The notes below the pieces were generated by a model. The model did no database searches, was not told the origin of the DNA, and was given only the letters and a program-made list of their open reading frames with translations. Shown here piece after piece: positions 44,238 through 54,973 of a DNA stretch of 64,000 nt. Position 1 is the first letter of the stretch. Every line of letters begins with the position of its first letter. Origin of the DNA: a bacterium (GTDB lineage Bacteria > UBA8248); NCBI GenBank assembly GCA_965213685.1, contig CBDBZY010000031.1, positions 160,001 through 224,000 of the forward strand, given 5' to 3'. The position numbers were made by a program, and so were the translations under genes.

Positions 44238-44699
44238 GTGCCTCCGACAACAAACTGGACGGTGTATCTCTCGGGCGAAGTGCATACGGACTGGCGGGAG
44301 CGCATCCGCGAGGGCGCCCGGAAAGCGGGCCTGCCGGTCACCTTCCTGGGCCCGGTCACCGACCACGACGCCAGCGACGACTGCGGCGCGTCCATCCTGG
44401 GCGAGGAGGAAAACCCGTTCTGGAGAGACCGCAAGGGCGCCGGCGTCAACGCCATCCGAACGCGGACGCTCATCGAGAAGGCGGACGTCGTGGTCGTTCG
44501 ATTCGGAGAGAGATACAGGCAGTGGAACGCCGCTTTCGACGCGGGCTACGCGGCGGCGCTCGGAAAGGCCATCATCACCCTGCACGGGGCGGGACACGCC
44601 CATGCGCTCAAGGAGGTGGACGCCGCCGCCATGGCGGTGGCGGAAGCGCCCGAGCAGGTGGTGAGAATCCTGAACTACGCCATCAACGGCGCCTTGTAG
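44238..44699 (+). CDS. YtoQ family protein
   Basis: VYLSGEVHTDWR, PVTDHDASDDCG, WNAAFDAGYA, LKEVD. Confidence 0.88.
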   Translation: MPPTTNWTVYLSGEVHTDWRERIREGARKAGLPVTFLGPVTDHDASDDCGASILGEEENPFWRDRKGAGVNAIRTRTLIEKADVVVVRFGERYRQWNAAFDAGYAAALGKAIITLHGAGHAHALKEVDAAAMAVAEAPEQVVRILNYAINGAL

Positions 44700-44706
44700 G
44701 GGAAGT

Positions 44707-45711
44707 TCAGCGCCTCCGCTCCGGCCTGTCATACACTTCCGGGTTGACCGCCGCGGGCGGCCGCGCGCCCCGGAAAAAATCCAGGACGCACCTCGTCGCA
44801 TGGCGGAGGGTGTTGCGGATCGCGTCCTCGCCGCGCCCGCCCAGATGCGGTGCCAGCACGGCGTTTTCCAGGGTGAAAATCGGATGCGCGCAATCGGGCG
44901 GCTCCTCGGGGAACACGTCGATCCCCGCCCCGCGAATGGTGCCGTCCTGGAGGGCCTGCGCCACGGCGTCGAGGTCGAACACAGCGCCCCTCGAGGTGTT
45001 GAACACGAAGGCGGCCGGCTTCATGAGGCGCAAAATCTCGCGGTTGACGATGTGCTTCGTAGCCGGCGTCAGGGGGACGTGGCACGTGAGGTAGTCCGAC
45101 TCCCTGGCCAACTCCTCCAGCCCCACGAACCGCACGCCCCACCCCCGCGCCGCCTCCTCGTCGCGCACGATGTCGTGGGCGATCACGCGCATGCCGAAAG
45201 CGACGGCTCTCCTCGCGACCTGCTTGCCGATGTTCCCGAATCCCAGAATCCCCATCGTCATTCCGTTCAGCGGACGCATCGGCGGCTGAATCTCCCGCCA
45301 GAGGCCCTTGCGGACGTTGGCGTCCAGCCAGCCGATGCGCCTGCAGGCCGCGAGCATCAGGCCGAAGAGGTGCTCCGCGACGGATTCGGAATTCTGCCCC
45401 GCCGCATTCGTGACGAGGATGCCCATCTCCGTCGCCGCCGGAATCTCGATGTTGTTCACGCCCACCCCCGCGCGGGCGATGATTCGCAGGCGCGGTGCGC
45501 TCTCCATGACGTTTCTGGTGTAGGGCTCGGCCCCGGCGATGACCGCAGCGACGTCCGGCAGGCAGGCGATCACGTCCTCCTCGGGCATGTGGCCGCGGCA
45601 TTCGTCGAGGCGCACCTCCATCCCCGCGTCCGCCAGCGGCTGAAACATTTCGCCGGGACGCTCCAGGTTCAGTATAAAGGGGGTTCCCACCCATACCACC
45701 GGGTTCGCCAT
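44707..45711 (-). CDS. D-isomer 2-hydroxyacid dehydrogenase (SerA-like)
   Basis: RAGVG, GFGNIG, NTSRG, DVFPEEP, APHLG. Confidence 0.9.
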   Translation of the reverse strand: MANPVVWVGTPFILNLERPGEMFQPLADAGMEVRLDECRGHMPEEDVIACLPDVAAVIAGAEPYTRNVMESAPRLRIIARAGVGVNNIEIPAATEMGILVTNAAGQNSESVAEHLFGLMLAACRRIGWLDANVRKGLWREIQPPMRPLNGMTMGILGFGNIGKQVARRAVAFGMRVIAHDIVRDEEAARGWGVRFVGLEELARESDYLTCHVPLTPATKHIVNREILRLMKPAAFVFNTSRGAVFDLDAVAQALQDGTIRGAGIDVFPEEPPDCAHPIFTLENAVLAPHLGGRGEDAIRNTLRHATRCVLDFFRGARPPAAVNPEVYDRPERRR

Positions 45712-45764
45712 CCGTCCTCCGTCTCCTCTTAGGTGAACGATGCGGGAAAATCCACGACCGCGCG

Positions 45765-46535
45765 CTATCTCCCGCGCCATCGGGGCTTTCTTTTCTCCCG
45801 GAACGCCAGGACGCCCTCTTTGGCGTCTTCCGTGTGCAGCACGCGGTTCGCAACGTCGCGCGCCATGCGCACCCTGTCCCGATAGGCCAAGTCCTCGCCC
45901 CGGCGCGCCGCCTCCTTGATGGCGCGGACCGCCGCGGGCGCCGACTCCAGGATTTCCGCGGCGTAGCGCTCCGCCGTCGGAAGCAGCGCGTCGTGCGCCA
46001 CCACCTCGTTGGCTATCCCCAGGCGGAGGCACTCCCCGGCGGGAATGAACTTCCCGCGCATCAGGTAGCCCATCGCCTGGGGCCAGGGGAGCGCGTGCGC
46101 GCACATGGCGGGCCCGCTGACGGAGGAGATGCCCCGCTTCACCTGGGGCCAGCCCAGGGAGGCGCGCTCCGAGAAGATCAGGATGTCCGCGTTCAGGGCG
46201 AAGCCGGCGCCCTGGGCCAGGCAGGGACCGTTGATCGCGCAGATGACGGGCTTGTAGAGATAGCGCAGATACAGATACAGCGCATCGTTCGACATGACGC
46301 GCGGGTCGCTGTTCTCGGGGGCTTTCTCCAGGATGTCCTTTCCCGAGCAAAACACGTCGCCCGCCGCCGTGATGATGGCCACCCAGACGTCCGGGTTGTG
46401 CTTGATGTCCACATACGCATCCTGCACCTCTTTTCGCATGGCGCGGTTGATCGCGTTTTTCTTCTCCGGGCGATTCAGGGTCAGATACGCGACGTGCCCT
46501 TTCACCTCGTACGTGGTCGCCTCTCGATTCGCCAT
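45765..46535 (-). CDS. Enoyl-CoA hydratase/isomerase family protein
   Basis: TLNRPEKKNA, FCSGKD, KPVICAING, AFREKRKP. Confidence 0.9.
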   Translation of the reverse strand: MANREATTYEVKGHVAYLTLNRPEKKNAINRAMRKEVQDAYVDIKHNPDVWVAIITAAGDVFCSGKDILEKAPENSDPRVMSNDALYLYLRYLYKPVICAINGPCLAQGAGFALNADILIFSERASLGWPQVKRGISSVSGPAMCAHALPWPQAMGYLMRGKFIPAGECLRLGIANEVVAHDALLPTAERYAAEILESAPAAVRAIKEAARRGEDLAYRDRVRMARDVANRVLHTEDAKEGVLAFREKRKPRWRGR

Positions 46536-46748
46536 GCTCAGACTCCCCTTTTTTCGGAAAAGACGGGGGAGGGCGCGCCCATCGCCCCCATGCGTTTCCC
46601 GCAAGACGGACGCCGCCCATTGTAGCGAAAACCGCGAACGAGCGCCGCTGCCGGCGGCGGAAACTTCCTTCTCACCCCCGACGTGTGCGAAACTGAGGGG
46701 GACGCACCCGAGAGAGAGGATACGTTCGCCCGCCGGAGGAGAAGCCGC

Positions 46749-48407
46749 ATGCGCGTGGTCGACGCCGTCGCCCGAATCCTGAAGCGCGAGGGGGTGGAAT
46801 ATCTCAACTGCTATCCCACCACCGTCCTGATCGAGGCCGCGGCCAAGGTCGGCATCCGGCCCATCGTCTGCCGGCAGGAGCGGGTGGGGGTGGGCATCGC
46901 CGACGGCTTCGCCCGCGTCAGCAACGGCGCCACGCCCTCCGTTTTCGCCATGCAGTACGGCCCGGGGGCGGAGAACGCCTTTCCGGGCATCTCCACCGCC
47001 TTCTCCGACTCCACGCCCCTGTTGCTGCTCCCCCTCGGCCACGCCAGGGAGCGGGACGGCGTGTTCCCGATGTTCAGCTCCGTGCGCACATACGCCTCGG
47101 TCACGAAATCAGCGGAGCTCCTCAACGTGCCCGAGCGCACGGCGGACGCCATGCGTCGCGCCATGAACGCCCTGAAAAACGGACGCCCGGGCCCCGTGCT
47201 CGTGGAGCTGCCGGCGGACGTCGCCAACGCCGAGGTGAGCGCGGACCTGCTCCGCGACTACGCGCCCGTGAAGCGGGTCCGCGCCCAGGCGGACCCGGCA
47301 GACGTCGAGAGCGCAGCCCGCGCGCTGCTGCAGGCGGAGCGTCCGGTGATCCTCGCCGGCGCGGGCGTGCTCTACGCGCAGGCCACCGATGCGCTGAAGA
47401 CGCTGGCGGAGCTTCTGGAGATTCCCGTCATGACCACCATGGAGGGCAAGAGCGCGATCTCCGAACGGCGCCACCCCCTGGCCCTCGGCGTCGGCTCCAG
47501 CGTCATGGCCGGCCCCGCCTACCACTTCCTCAAGGATGCGGACCTCGTGTTCGCCGTCGGCGCGAGCCTCACCGACCATGGGCTCGCCACGCCCATACCC
47601 GCCGGCAAAACGATCGTCCAGGCGACGAACGACCCCGTGGACATCCAGAAGAACCATTTCGTGGCCCACCCCGTCCTCGGGGACGCGGAGCTCGTCCTCC
47701 GCCAGTTCATCGATTGCTGCACCGAGCGCCTCAAAGGATCGGACCGCTCGGAGCGCGGCGGCCGAGTCCGGGAGCGGGTGGCGCGGGCGCGCAGGGCCTG
47801 GCTCGACGCATGGGCGCCCAAGCTCACCTCCGATGAAGTGCCCATCAATCCCTACCGCGTGATCGCGGAGTTGATGCAAAGCGTGCCGCCCTCCGAAGCC
47901 ATCGTCACGCACGACTCCGGAAATCCGCGATACGAGGTGCTGCCCTTCTACCAAGCGGACGGGCCGCGCTCCTATCTGGGCTGGGGAAAATCCCACCAGC
48001 TCGGCACGGGACTCGGCCTCGCCATGGGCGCGAAGCTGGCGGCGCCCGACAAATTCTGCGTGAATTTCATGGGCGACGCCGCGTTCGGCATGACGGGGAT
48101 GGACTTTGAAACCGCCGTGCGCTCGAACCTTCCCATATGCACGGTGGTGCTCAAGAACTCGACCATGGCGGTGGAGGCGAACCACATGGCGCTCTCCCAT
48201 GAAAAGTTCAACACGCGCGACGTCGGGGGCGAATACGCCGACATCGCCAGAGCGCTGGGCGGGTGGTCGAAGCGCGTGGAGAGGCCCGGCGAAATCGGCG
48301 CGGCCTTCCTGGAGGCGAGACAAAAAACGCAGGCGGGGGAGGCCGCCCTCCTCGAATTCATCACGAGCGAGGAGATGGCCTACTCCCACCCCCATCCGTT
48401 CGGGTAG
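46749..48407 (+). CDS. Thiamine pyrophosphate-requiring enzyme
   Basis: RQER, GPGAEN, GRPGPV, GDAAFG...N TPP motif. Confidence 0.9.
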   Translation: MRVVDAVARILKREGVEYLNCYPTTVLIEAAAKVGIRPIVCRQERVGVGIADGFARVSNGATPSVFAMQYGPGAENAFPGISTAFSDSTPLLLLPLGHARERDGVFPMFSSVRTYASVTKSAELLNVPERTADAMRRAMNALKNGRPGPVLVELPADVANAEVSADLLRDYAPVKRVRAQADPADVESAARALLQAERPVILAGAGVLYAQATDALKTLAELLEIPVMTTMEGKSAISERRHPLALGVGSSVMAGPAYHFLKDADLVFAVGASLTDHGLATPIPAGKTIVQATNDPVDIQKNHFVAHPVLGDAELVLRQFIDCCTERLKGSDRSERGGRVRERVARARRAWLDAWAPKLTSDEVPINPYRVIAELMQSVPPSEAIVTHDSGNPRYEVLPFYQADGPRSYLGWGKSHQLGTGLGLAMGAKLAAPDKFCVNFMGDAAFGMTGMDFETAVRSNLPICTVVLKNSTMAVEANHMALSHEKFNTRDVGGEYADIARALGGWSKRVERPGEIGAAFLEARQKTQAGEAALLEFITSEEMAYSHPHPFG

Positions 48408-48424
48408 TCGCGGCGCGCGTCCGG

Positions 48425-49414
48425 TTACGCCTCGACGACGATTTTGCCCATCTGCCGGTTCGACTCCATATGCCGGTGCGCGTCCGCGACGTCCTGGAGC
48501 GGGAACGTCCTGTCGATCACGGGTTCGAGGAAGCCGGCCTCCAGGCCACGATAAACGAACGCCTTCGCCCGCTCTCTTCTCTCCGGGTCCTTGGTGATCT
48601 CCATCAGCGTATACCCCCGGAACGTCAGCCCTTTCGCCAGAGACGGGAACAGGGGGAAAACCGCATCCTCGGACGCCAGAACGCCGTACAAAAAAATCAT
48701 GGCCCCCGGTGCGGCCGCGGCGGCGAGCTGCGGCAGGAAGCGCCCGACGACGGGGTCGAAAATGACGTTCGCCCCGGCGCCTTGCGTGGCGTCCATCACA
48801 GAATCCGCCAGATCCTCTGCATCGGTGACGACGACGCAATCCGCGCCCGCGCCCAGGAGGAACTCTTTTTTCGCCGCCCCCCGCGTCGTGGCGATCACCC
48901 GCGCGCGGCGTGATTTGGCGATTTGAATCGCAGCCAGGCCAACGCTGCTGCTCGCAGCGGTGATCAGCACGGCGTCCGCCTCTTTCAGCCCTCCATACTC
49001 GATGAGCGCCCCATACGCGGTCACGTAGGGCATCCAGATGGCGGCGGCCTGGACGGGCGTCAACCGCTCGGGATAGCGGGCCGCGGCATGGGCCGGCACA
49101 ATCGCCTCCTCCCCGTACACCCCGTACCTTCCCATCGAAAAGGAGGGAATCGTGCTCACGCGCTCCCCGAGCGCCAGCCCCTCCACGCCGGGGCCGAGGG
49201 CGTCTATCGTTCCGGACGCCTCGTAGCCAATGCGGGAGGGAAACTCCGGCTTCTCATGGTAGCGCCCCTCGCGAAACAGCACTTCGGCCCGGTTCATCCC
49301 GATCGCCGCCACGCGGATGCGCACCTCGCCCGCGCCGGGTTCCGCAGAGGGCGCCTCCACGAGGCGGAGCGCGTCGGCGCTTCCCGTTTTCTCCAAAAGA
49401 ACCACTTGCGGCAT
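48425..49414 (-). CDS. MDR-family NAD(P)-dependent oxidoreductase (quinone-reductase-like)
   Basis: GYEASG, TAASSSVG, GKIVV. Confidence 0.9.
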   Translation of the reverse strand: MPQVVLLEKTGSADALRLVEAPSAEPGAGEVRIRVAAIGMNRAEVLFREGRYHEKPEFPSRIGYEASGTIDALGPGVEGLALGERVSTIPSFSMGRYGVYGEEAIVPAHAAARYPERLTPVQAAAIWMPYVTAYGALIEYGGLKEADAVLITAASSSVGLAAIQIAKSRRARVIATTRGAAKKEFLLGAGADCVVVTDAEDLADSVMDATQGAGANVIFDPVVGRFLPQLAAAAAPGAMIFLYGVLASEDAVFPLFPSLAKGLTFRGYTLMEITKDPERRERAKAFVYRGLEAGFLEPVIDRTFPLQDVADAHRHMESNRQMGKIVVEA

Positions 49415-49418
49415 GCCC

Positions 49419-50159
49419 TCACCCTCCCTCCATCCCCGTCCGCTTCAGCTGCTCGTCCAGGAACGCGAGCGTCTTCGCCCAGGAATCCTCGCTTTGCTCC
49501 GCCCGGAAGCGCTCCGGGTTGTCCTCCCACTGAAAGGCGTGGCCCGCGCCATCGTAGCGATGGAAGACATACTCCACGCCCGCGCGCCTGAGCGCCTCCT
49601 CGTAATCGTCCACGTCCTCGGGCGAGGGGTTCTGGTCGTCGTTCCCGAAAACGCCGATGAGTGGACACGAGATGGCCGCGCTCAACGCAATGGCGGGCGG
49701 GTTCCCCTCGCCGCGCACCTCCTTCACGCCGCCGCCGTAGAAAACCGCGCACGCCCGATAACGGGAGTCCGCGCACGCCCCCAGCCAGCTGACGCGCCCG
49801 CCCCAGCAGTGCCCGACGATGCCGATTCTGCGCGCGTCCACGTTCTGCAGCGCCGCCAGGACGTCGAATCCGGCTTTCAGATCGAGAATCGTTCGATCAT
49901 CGCGGAACTCCTCGCGCTTGATTTGCATGCCGTCATCCTTCGACCACCAGTGATACAGGAACGGAACCGACACGGCGTAGCCGTTCTCCGCGTAGCGCTG
50001 CGCCGTCTTCAGCGTGAAGGGGTCCCGCTCGATTCCCTGGTGCCCCGGTATATGCTGGCAGAGCACGATCCCCGGATGGGGGCCCGCTCCTTCCGGCTCA
50101 TACAAGAAAACCTCCATCGCGCTGCCTTCCACTTCCGTCGTCTCGATGCGATAGCCCAT
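49419..50159 (-). CDS. Dienelactone hydrolase family protein
   Basis: GHCWGG, FYGG, YDGAGHAF. Confidence 0.9.
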   Translation of the reverse strand: MGYRIETTEVEGSAMEVFLYEPEGAGPHPGIVLCQHIPGHQGIERDPFTLKTAQRYAENGYAVSVPFLYHWWSKDDGMQIKREEFRDDRTILDLKAGFDVLAALQNVDARRIGIVGHCWGGRVSWLGACADSRYRACAVFYGGGVKEVRGEGNPPAIALSAAISCPLIGVFGNDDQNPSPEDVDDYEEALRRAGVEYVFHRYDGAGHAFQWEDNPERFRAEQSEDSWAKTLAFLDEQLKRTGMEGG

Positions 50160-50299
50160 CTCTCTCCCCTCCTCCTCCTCATCACCGCGCAAAGGATACA
50201 ACCCGTGATCGCGCGTCCCATACGCTCCGACATATTTTCCGTTCCGCGCACCGCCCCGGGAGCCGGAAGCCCCCGCGCCCGCCGCCAAGGAACTCCTCC

Positions 50300-51262
50300 T
50301 TAGGCGTCCTCAAACACCAGGTTTTGCGGATCGCCGCGGAGGTAGGCCTCCACGTTGTCCACGGATATGCGCGCCTCCCGCTCCGTGGCCCCCTCCGTAT
50401 GCGCGCCCACGTGCGGGGTGAGGATCACGTTGTCCAGAGAGCGGAAGGGGGAATCGCCCGGCAAGGGCTCGTCGGGCTCGAACACGTCCAGCCCCGCACC
50501 GGCGATGCGCCGCTCCCGCAAGGCTTCCAGCAGGGCGTCCATGTCCACGAGCGCGGCGCGCGAGGTGTTTATCAAAAACGCCGTCGGCTTCATCCGCGCC
50601 ATCCGCTCCCGGGAGACGATCCCCCGCGTCTCGGGCGTCACGTGCAGCTGGAGCGTCACGAAATCCGCGCGCAGGCATTCCTCCAGCGACGCGGCGCGCG
50701 CACCCTCGGCGGCCGCGCGCCCGGGCGTCATGCTTCGCGACCACGCGAGCACCTCCATCCCGAACCCCCGCGCCATGGGGACCACCTTTTTCCCGATGTG
50801 TCCGAAACCGAGCACGGACAGACTCTTGCCCAGCAACTCCACCCCCCGGACGCGCTCCCACGCCCCCGCCCGCATGGCGGGGGAGTGGGCCGGCAGCCTC
50901 TTCGCCAGCGCCAGGACGAGCATCATCGTATGCTCCGCCACCGAGGGACTCCCTGCCCCCGGCGTGACGGAAACCAGAATGCCGCGCCTCCGCGCGCGCC
51001 GCATGTCCACCATGCGGGGGCGCGTGCCCCACACGGAGATGAAGCGGAGCTTCGGGGCGTTCTCGAGCAGGGCCGTCTGCCGGAAGTCCGTCTGATAGCG
51101 CACGGTGAGGACGACCTCCGCATCGGCCAGGCGCCGCGCCATCTCCTCCCCGTCCTTGGGCCGCCCGGTGAAATGCGACACCTCGCCCAGCCCCAGGAGG
51201 CGCGCAAACTGCGCGGTGTTCCCGAGCATCCCGTCATAATCATCCGGAACAACGATTTTCAT
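50300..51262 (-). CDS. D-isomer 2-hydroxyacid dehydrogenase family protein
   Basis: GFGHIG, INTSR, DVFEPDEP, TPHVG. Confidence 0.9.
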   Translation of the reverse strand: MKIVVPDDYDGMLGNTAQFARLLGLGEVSHFTGRPKDGEEMARRLADAEVVLTVRYQTDFRQTALLENAPKLRFISVWGTRPRMVDMRRARRRGILVSVTPGAGSPSVAEHTMMLVLALAKRLPAHSPAMRAGAWERVRGVELLGKSLSVLGFGHIGKKVVPMARGFGMEVLAWSRSMTPGRAAAEGARAASLEECLRADFVTLQLHVTPETRGIVSRERMARMKPTAFLINTSRAALVDMDALLEALRERRIAGAGLDVFEPDEPLPGDSPFRSLDNVILTPHVGAHTEGATEREARISVDNVEAYLRGDPQNLVFEDA

Positions 51263-51337
51263 CGACCGCCCGCTCCGCTTGACGGGGCGCGCCTCCGGCC
51301 CCCCGAACCTCCCGCCCGGTTCGCGATTTCCCCGTCC

Positions 51338-51361
51338 ATGATATACCCGATATCATTGACA
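51338..51361. promoter_or_regulatory. Inverted repeat (candidate operator) abutting a TTGACA -35 box
   Basis: ATGATAT-N5-ATATCAT at 51338-51356; TTGACA 51356-51361; divergent intergenic region. Confidence 0.55.
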
Positions 51362-51426
51362 GGGCACATCGTCTCCCGTAGTGCTGTCTCATCGGGCAAG
51401 CCATAGCCCCGTCCCGCCTCCGGAGG

Positions 51427-52620
51427 ATGCGTTCAGACGCCATGGAGCCAGACCTGTCCGCCGAGGAAGCCGCGATGGTGCGGCGGGCGCGCGAGATCGC
51501 CCGGGAGGACATTCTCCCCATCGCCGCCGCCCGGGACCGCAACCACGCACCCGGCGAGGCGTATCCGTGGCGGGTCGCCGACAAGCTGGACGCCGCAGGC
51601 CTGAGGACGCTCACCGTCCCCCGGAAGTTCGGCGGATTCGGGGCGCGCCACCTGGTGCAGGCCATGGTGGCGGAGGAGATCGCCTACGGGGATCTGGGCG
51701 TCGCCGTCTCCATGGATCAAACCTATAAATTCACCCAACTCCTGGCGAACGAGACCACGCCGGCACAGCGCGACCTGTACCTGGAGGATTTTCTGAACGA
51801 CCCGCGAGCGCTGCTCGCCCTCGCCACCACGGAGCCGCAAAGCGGAACCGACACCTTCCTCATGCACGATGCGCCGGGTGCCGGCCCGCGCATGACGGCG
51901 CGAAAAGACGGCGACTTCTACGTCCTGAACGGCACGAAGCACTACATCTCGAACGGGGGGCTGGCGAAATACTATTTTATATTCGCGCGGACCGCTCCCG
52001 AGAAGAAGATGAGCGAAGGCCTCACCTGCTTCCTCGTGCCGCGCGGGACGGAGGGCTTCCGGATCGGAGAGGCGCACTCCAAGCTGGGAAGACGCCTCTT
52101 GCAGAACGGCGAGCTCATCCTGCAGAACTGTCGGGTGCCCGCGCACAACCTTTTTGGCGCATGGAACGGCGGCCTCTCCATCCTGCGCCGGATGGTGAGC
52201 GGCGCCCTCATTCCCGTCATGGGGCCATCCCGCCTCGCGTATGATCTCGCCCGCGCCGCCGCGCGGGAGAACGGCGCCCTGCGCGAGCAGTGGGCGCAGA
52301 TGGCGCTCGCCGAGATGTACATGCTGATCGAGGCGGCGCGGACGTATCTGTATTCCGCGGCGTGGCATGCGGAAAGGCCGACGGACGACTCGAAGCGCCG
52401 TTTGATGTCCAAGGTGTTCGCCTCCGAGGCGGGCATCAAGGTCTGCCGCATGGCGATGGACATCTGGGGCAAGGCGGGCGCGACGCATCACGACGACAGG
52501 CCGACGCCCGAGAAATGCTGGCGCGACGTGTTGAGCTACCTGCACGGCTTCGGCACCAACGAGGCGGTGAAACTCAAGGCGGCACCGCTTCTGGCTCCCG
52601 CCGGGGAGAGTGAATGGTAA
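51427..52620 (+). CDS. Acyl-CoA dehydrogenase family flavoprotein
   Basis: TEPQSGTD, LNGTKHYISNG, KVFASE, EKCWRD. Confidence 0.88.
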   Translation: MRSDAMEPDLSAEEAAMVRRAREIAREDILPIAAARDRNHAPGEAYPWRVADKLDAAGLRTLTVPRKFGGFGARHLVQAMVAEEIAYGDLGVAVSMDQTYKFTQLLANETTPAQRDLYLEDFLNDPRALLALATTEPQSGTDTFLMHDAPGAGPRMTARKDGDFYVLNGTKHYISNGGLAKYYFIFARTAPEKKMSEGLTCFLVPRGTEGFRIGEAHSKLGRRLLQNGELILQNCRVPAHNLFGAWNGGLSILRRMVSGALIPVMGPSRLAYDLARAAARENGALREQWAQMALAEMYMLIEAARTYLYSAAWHAERPTDDSKRRLMSKVFASEAGIKVCRMAMDIWGKAGATHHDDRPTPEKCWRDVLSYLHGFGTNEAVKLKAAPLLAPAGESEW

Positions 52621-52626
52621 AGGGAA

Positions 52627-53652
52627 ATGCAATCGGACAACCGTATGGAATCCACCCCCCCCCAGGAGAAGAAGGAGATTTCAATGCCCCCCTACAAGAA
52701 GGCGGACGCGCGCGCGTATTGCAAGGAGAACATGCAGGGAATCTGGGCCGCCATACCCTATCCGTTTGATGAGAACGACAACGTCGACGAAGCAGGTTTT
52801 CGCGCCGACATCCGGCACTATATTGACAACCTCCACATCCGGGGATTTTTCGTCGGCGGCATGATTGGCGAATTCTGGTGCCTCACGAAAGAAGAGCGCC
52901 TCCGCGGCCAGGCGATCGCCTGCGAGGAGGCCGGTGACGTTCCCGTCATCGCGCACACCGGCCACACCTCGGCCAAGGAGGCGATAGAGCTGACGGAGGC
53001 CGCGATGGAGGCGGGCGCGGCCTACGCGATTCTGGCGAACCCCTATCTGGGCGCGCAGGGGATTCCCGAGCGCGTTCGCGCGTATTTCAAGGAATTTTGC
53101 GGGAACGTGGACATCGGCGTGTCCCTGTTCAACACGGCGGCGACCGGCTATTCGCTCTCGCCGGCCTTGGTCAGGGAGATCGTCGACGAGAACGAGAACA
53201 TCTGCTGCATCAAGAACGCGCAGCCCAAATACCACTGCGACGAGGTGCGCGAAGCCGTGGGGGACGACATCGTCGTGAGCGACCCGATGGAAACCCAGTG
53301 GTTCTTCAACCGGGCGTATCACAAGCAGCAAACCTTCATGAGCGGGCCCGACCCGTTTCTCCTCCAGCGCGCGGGCAACCTGGGCATGGAAAAATATACC
53401 GACCTGATCGACGCGGGAAATCTCGAGGAAGCCTGGACGGCGCGCGAGTCCATGAACCCGATGCGGCGCGTGGCCGAGAAGTGGATTTGGGCACCCTGGG
53501 CGCGGGGGGCGTTCCCCATCGCCGCACTCAAGGACTGGATGAGCCTGATGGGCATGCGTGGCGGCCCCTCCCGCGCGCCGATGATTCCCCTGAGCGCGGA
53601 GGAAAAGGCGGAGTTGGCCTCGGACCTCCAGGGCGTGGGCCTCATCGACTAG
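52627..53652 (+). CDS. Dihydrodipicolinate synthase-like aldolase/lyase (start may be 52684)
   Basis: PYPFDE, GGMIGEF..LT.EER, IKNA Schiff-base Lys. Confidence 0.85.
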   Translation: MQSDNRMESTPPQEKKEISMPPYKKADARAYCKENMQGIWAAIPYPFDENDNVDEAGFRADIRHYIDNLHIRGFFVGGMIGEFWCLTKEERLRGQAIACEEAGDVPVIAHTGHTSAKEAIELTEAAMEAGAAYAILANPYLGAQGIPERVRAYFKEFCGNVDIGVSLFNTAATGYSLSPALVREIVDENENICCIKNAQPKYHCDEVREAVGDDIVVSDPMETQWFFNRAYHKQQTFMSGPDPFLLQRAGNLGMEKYTDLIDAGNLEEAWTARESMNPMRRVAEKWIWAPWARGAFPIAALKDWMSLMGMRGGPSRAPMIPLSAEEKAELASDLQGVGLID

Positions 53653-53719
53653 CCCGGCGGGCCGCCTTTCGCGTGCATGCGGGCGCCATCATCCTCAATA
53701 ATAATAAAGGGTTCGGCGC

Positions 53720-54874
53720 ATGGATTTTGCTCCCGGCGAGGATTGCCTCGCGCTGCAGCGGCTGGCGAGCGATTTCGCGCGGCGGGAGATTCTGCCCGTC
53801 ACGGAGGCCATCGACCGGGAAAGAAGGCCGGAGGCCCGCCTCCCGGCGGACATTCTGGCCAGGGGCAGCCGGCTGGGCCTGCGCACCCTCTCCCTCCCGG
53901 AGAACGGCGGGGGCGGCGGGGCCGACATACTGACCCTGTGCTTCGTAGCAGAGGAGCTCGGCTGGGGAGATTTGGGAGTCGGCGTCATCCACGCGCAGGA
54001 CTGGGCGCTCGCAAACGCCATATCCCGCCTGTGGGACGGGGCGGAATTCCGGGCGTTCGCCAACCGTTTCGCGCGAGACCACGGCTGCCACCTCAGCCAT
54101 GCGCACATGCGCGAAACGCCCGCCCCGGAAGACAAAAGTCCGTATCCGTCCGGGGAGCGGCCAGACGCATCCGTCACGCGGGAAGGAGACGGCTGGCGCC
54201 TCCACGGGGCGGCGGGGCGCGTCCTCAACGGGGCGGCGGCCGGCTTTTTTCTCATCGAGTCGAACCTGCGGGGCGCGGCAGGCAGGCGGGTTTTTCTGGT
54301 GGAGAACGAGGGCGCGCCGGAAATCCGCGTGTTGTGCCATCACGATTCGATGGGGATGCGCTCCTGCCCGGACGTGGACATCCGCTTCGAAGGCGCGAGG
54401 CTCCAACGTCGCCATCAGGTCGATTGCTCCCCGGAGGCGTGGCGCGAGGCGACGCACGCCGCCCGCATACTCCCCGCCGCCGCCGCGATCGGAACAGCCA
54501 GAAAATCCAACGAACACGCACTCCGCCACGCGCGCGAGCGCGTCCAGGGGGGAAAGCCCATCATCGGGCACCAGACGGTGGGCTTCATGCTTTGCGACAA
54601 CCTGGCGGAGCTCGACGCCGCCAGAAGAAGCCTCCAGGCGGCGGCCTGGGCGGCGGATCGGGGCGAGGGCGCCGACCCCTGGCGAAGTTTTCTCGTCCGC
54701 GCCCTCGTCACGGAAACCTGCGAGCGCGTCGCGCGCCGCGCGATGGAGGTCTGGGGAGGCGCGGGCTATATGACGGAGGCGCCCATGGAAAGGCTGCTGC
54801 GCGACCTCGTGCGCTTCTCCCATTCCCTCGAGATGGGCCACGCCCTGCGCGCGGCCGCCATGGGGCTGATCTGA
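53720..54874 (+). CDS. Acyl-CoA dehydrogenase-like protein, degenerate FAD motif
   Basis: RVQGGKPI, WGGAGYM.E, ERLLRD; TEPxxGS absent. Confidence 0.8.
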   Translation: MDFAPGEDCLALQRLASDFARREILPVTEAIDRERRPEARLPADILARGSRLGLRTLSLPENGGGGGADILTLCFVAEELGWGDLGVGVIHAQDWALANAISRLWDGAEFRAFANRFARDHGCHLSHAHMRETPAPEDKSPYPSGERPDASVTREGDGWRLHGAAGRVLNGAAAGFFLIESNLRGAAGRRVFLVENEGAPEIRVLCHHDSMGMRSCPDVDIRFEGARLQRRHQVDCSPEAWREATHAARILPAAAAIGTARKSNEHALRHARERVQGGKPIIGHQTVGFMLCDNLAELDAARRSLQAAAWAADRGEGADPWRSFLVRALVTETCERVARRAMEVWGGAGYMTEAPMERLLRDLVRFSHSLEMGHALRAAAMGLI

Positions 54875-54973
54875 GGGGGGCGGGCCGGATTCGCCATCCC
54901 CGCACGGATGATGCGCTTCGGAATGATCCGTGATAGGATGGGGAAAAACGAGGACATGAGGAGAGGGTGCTCC

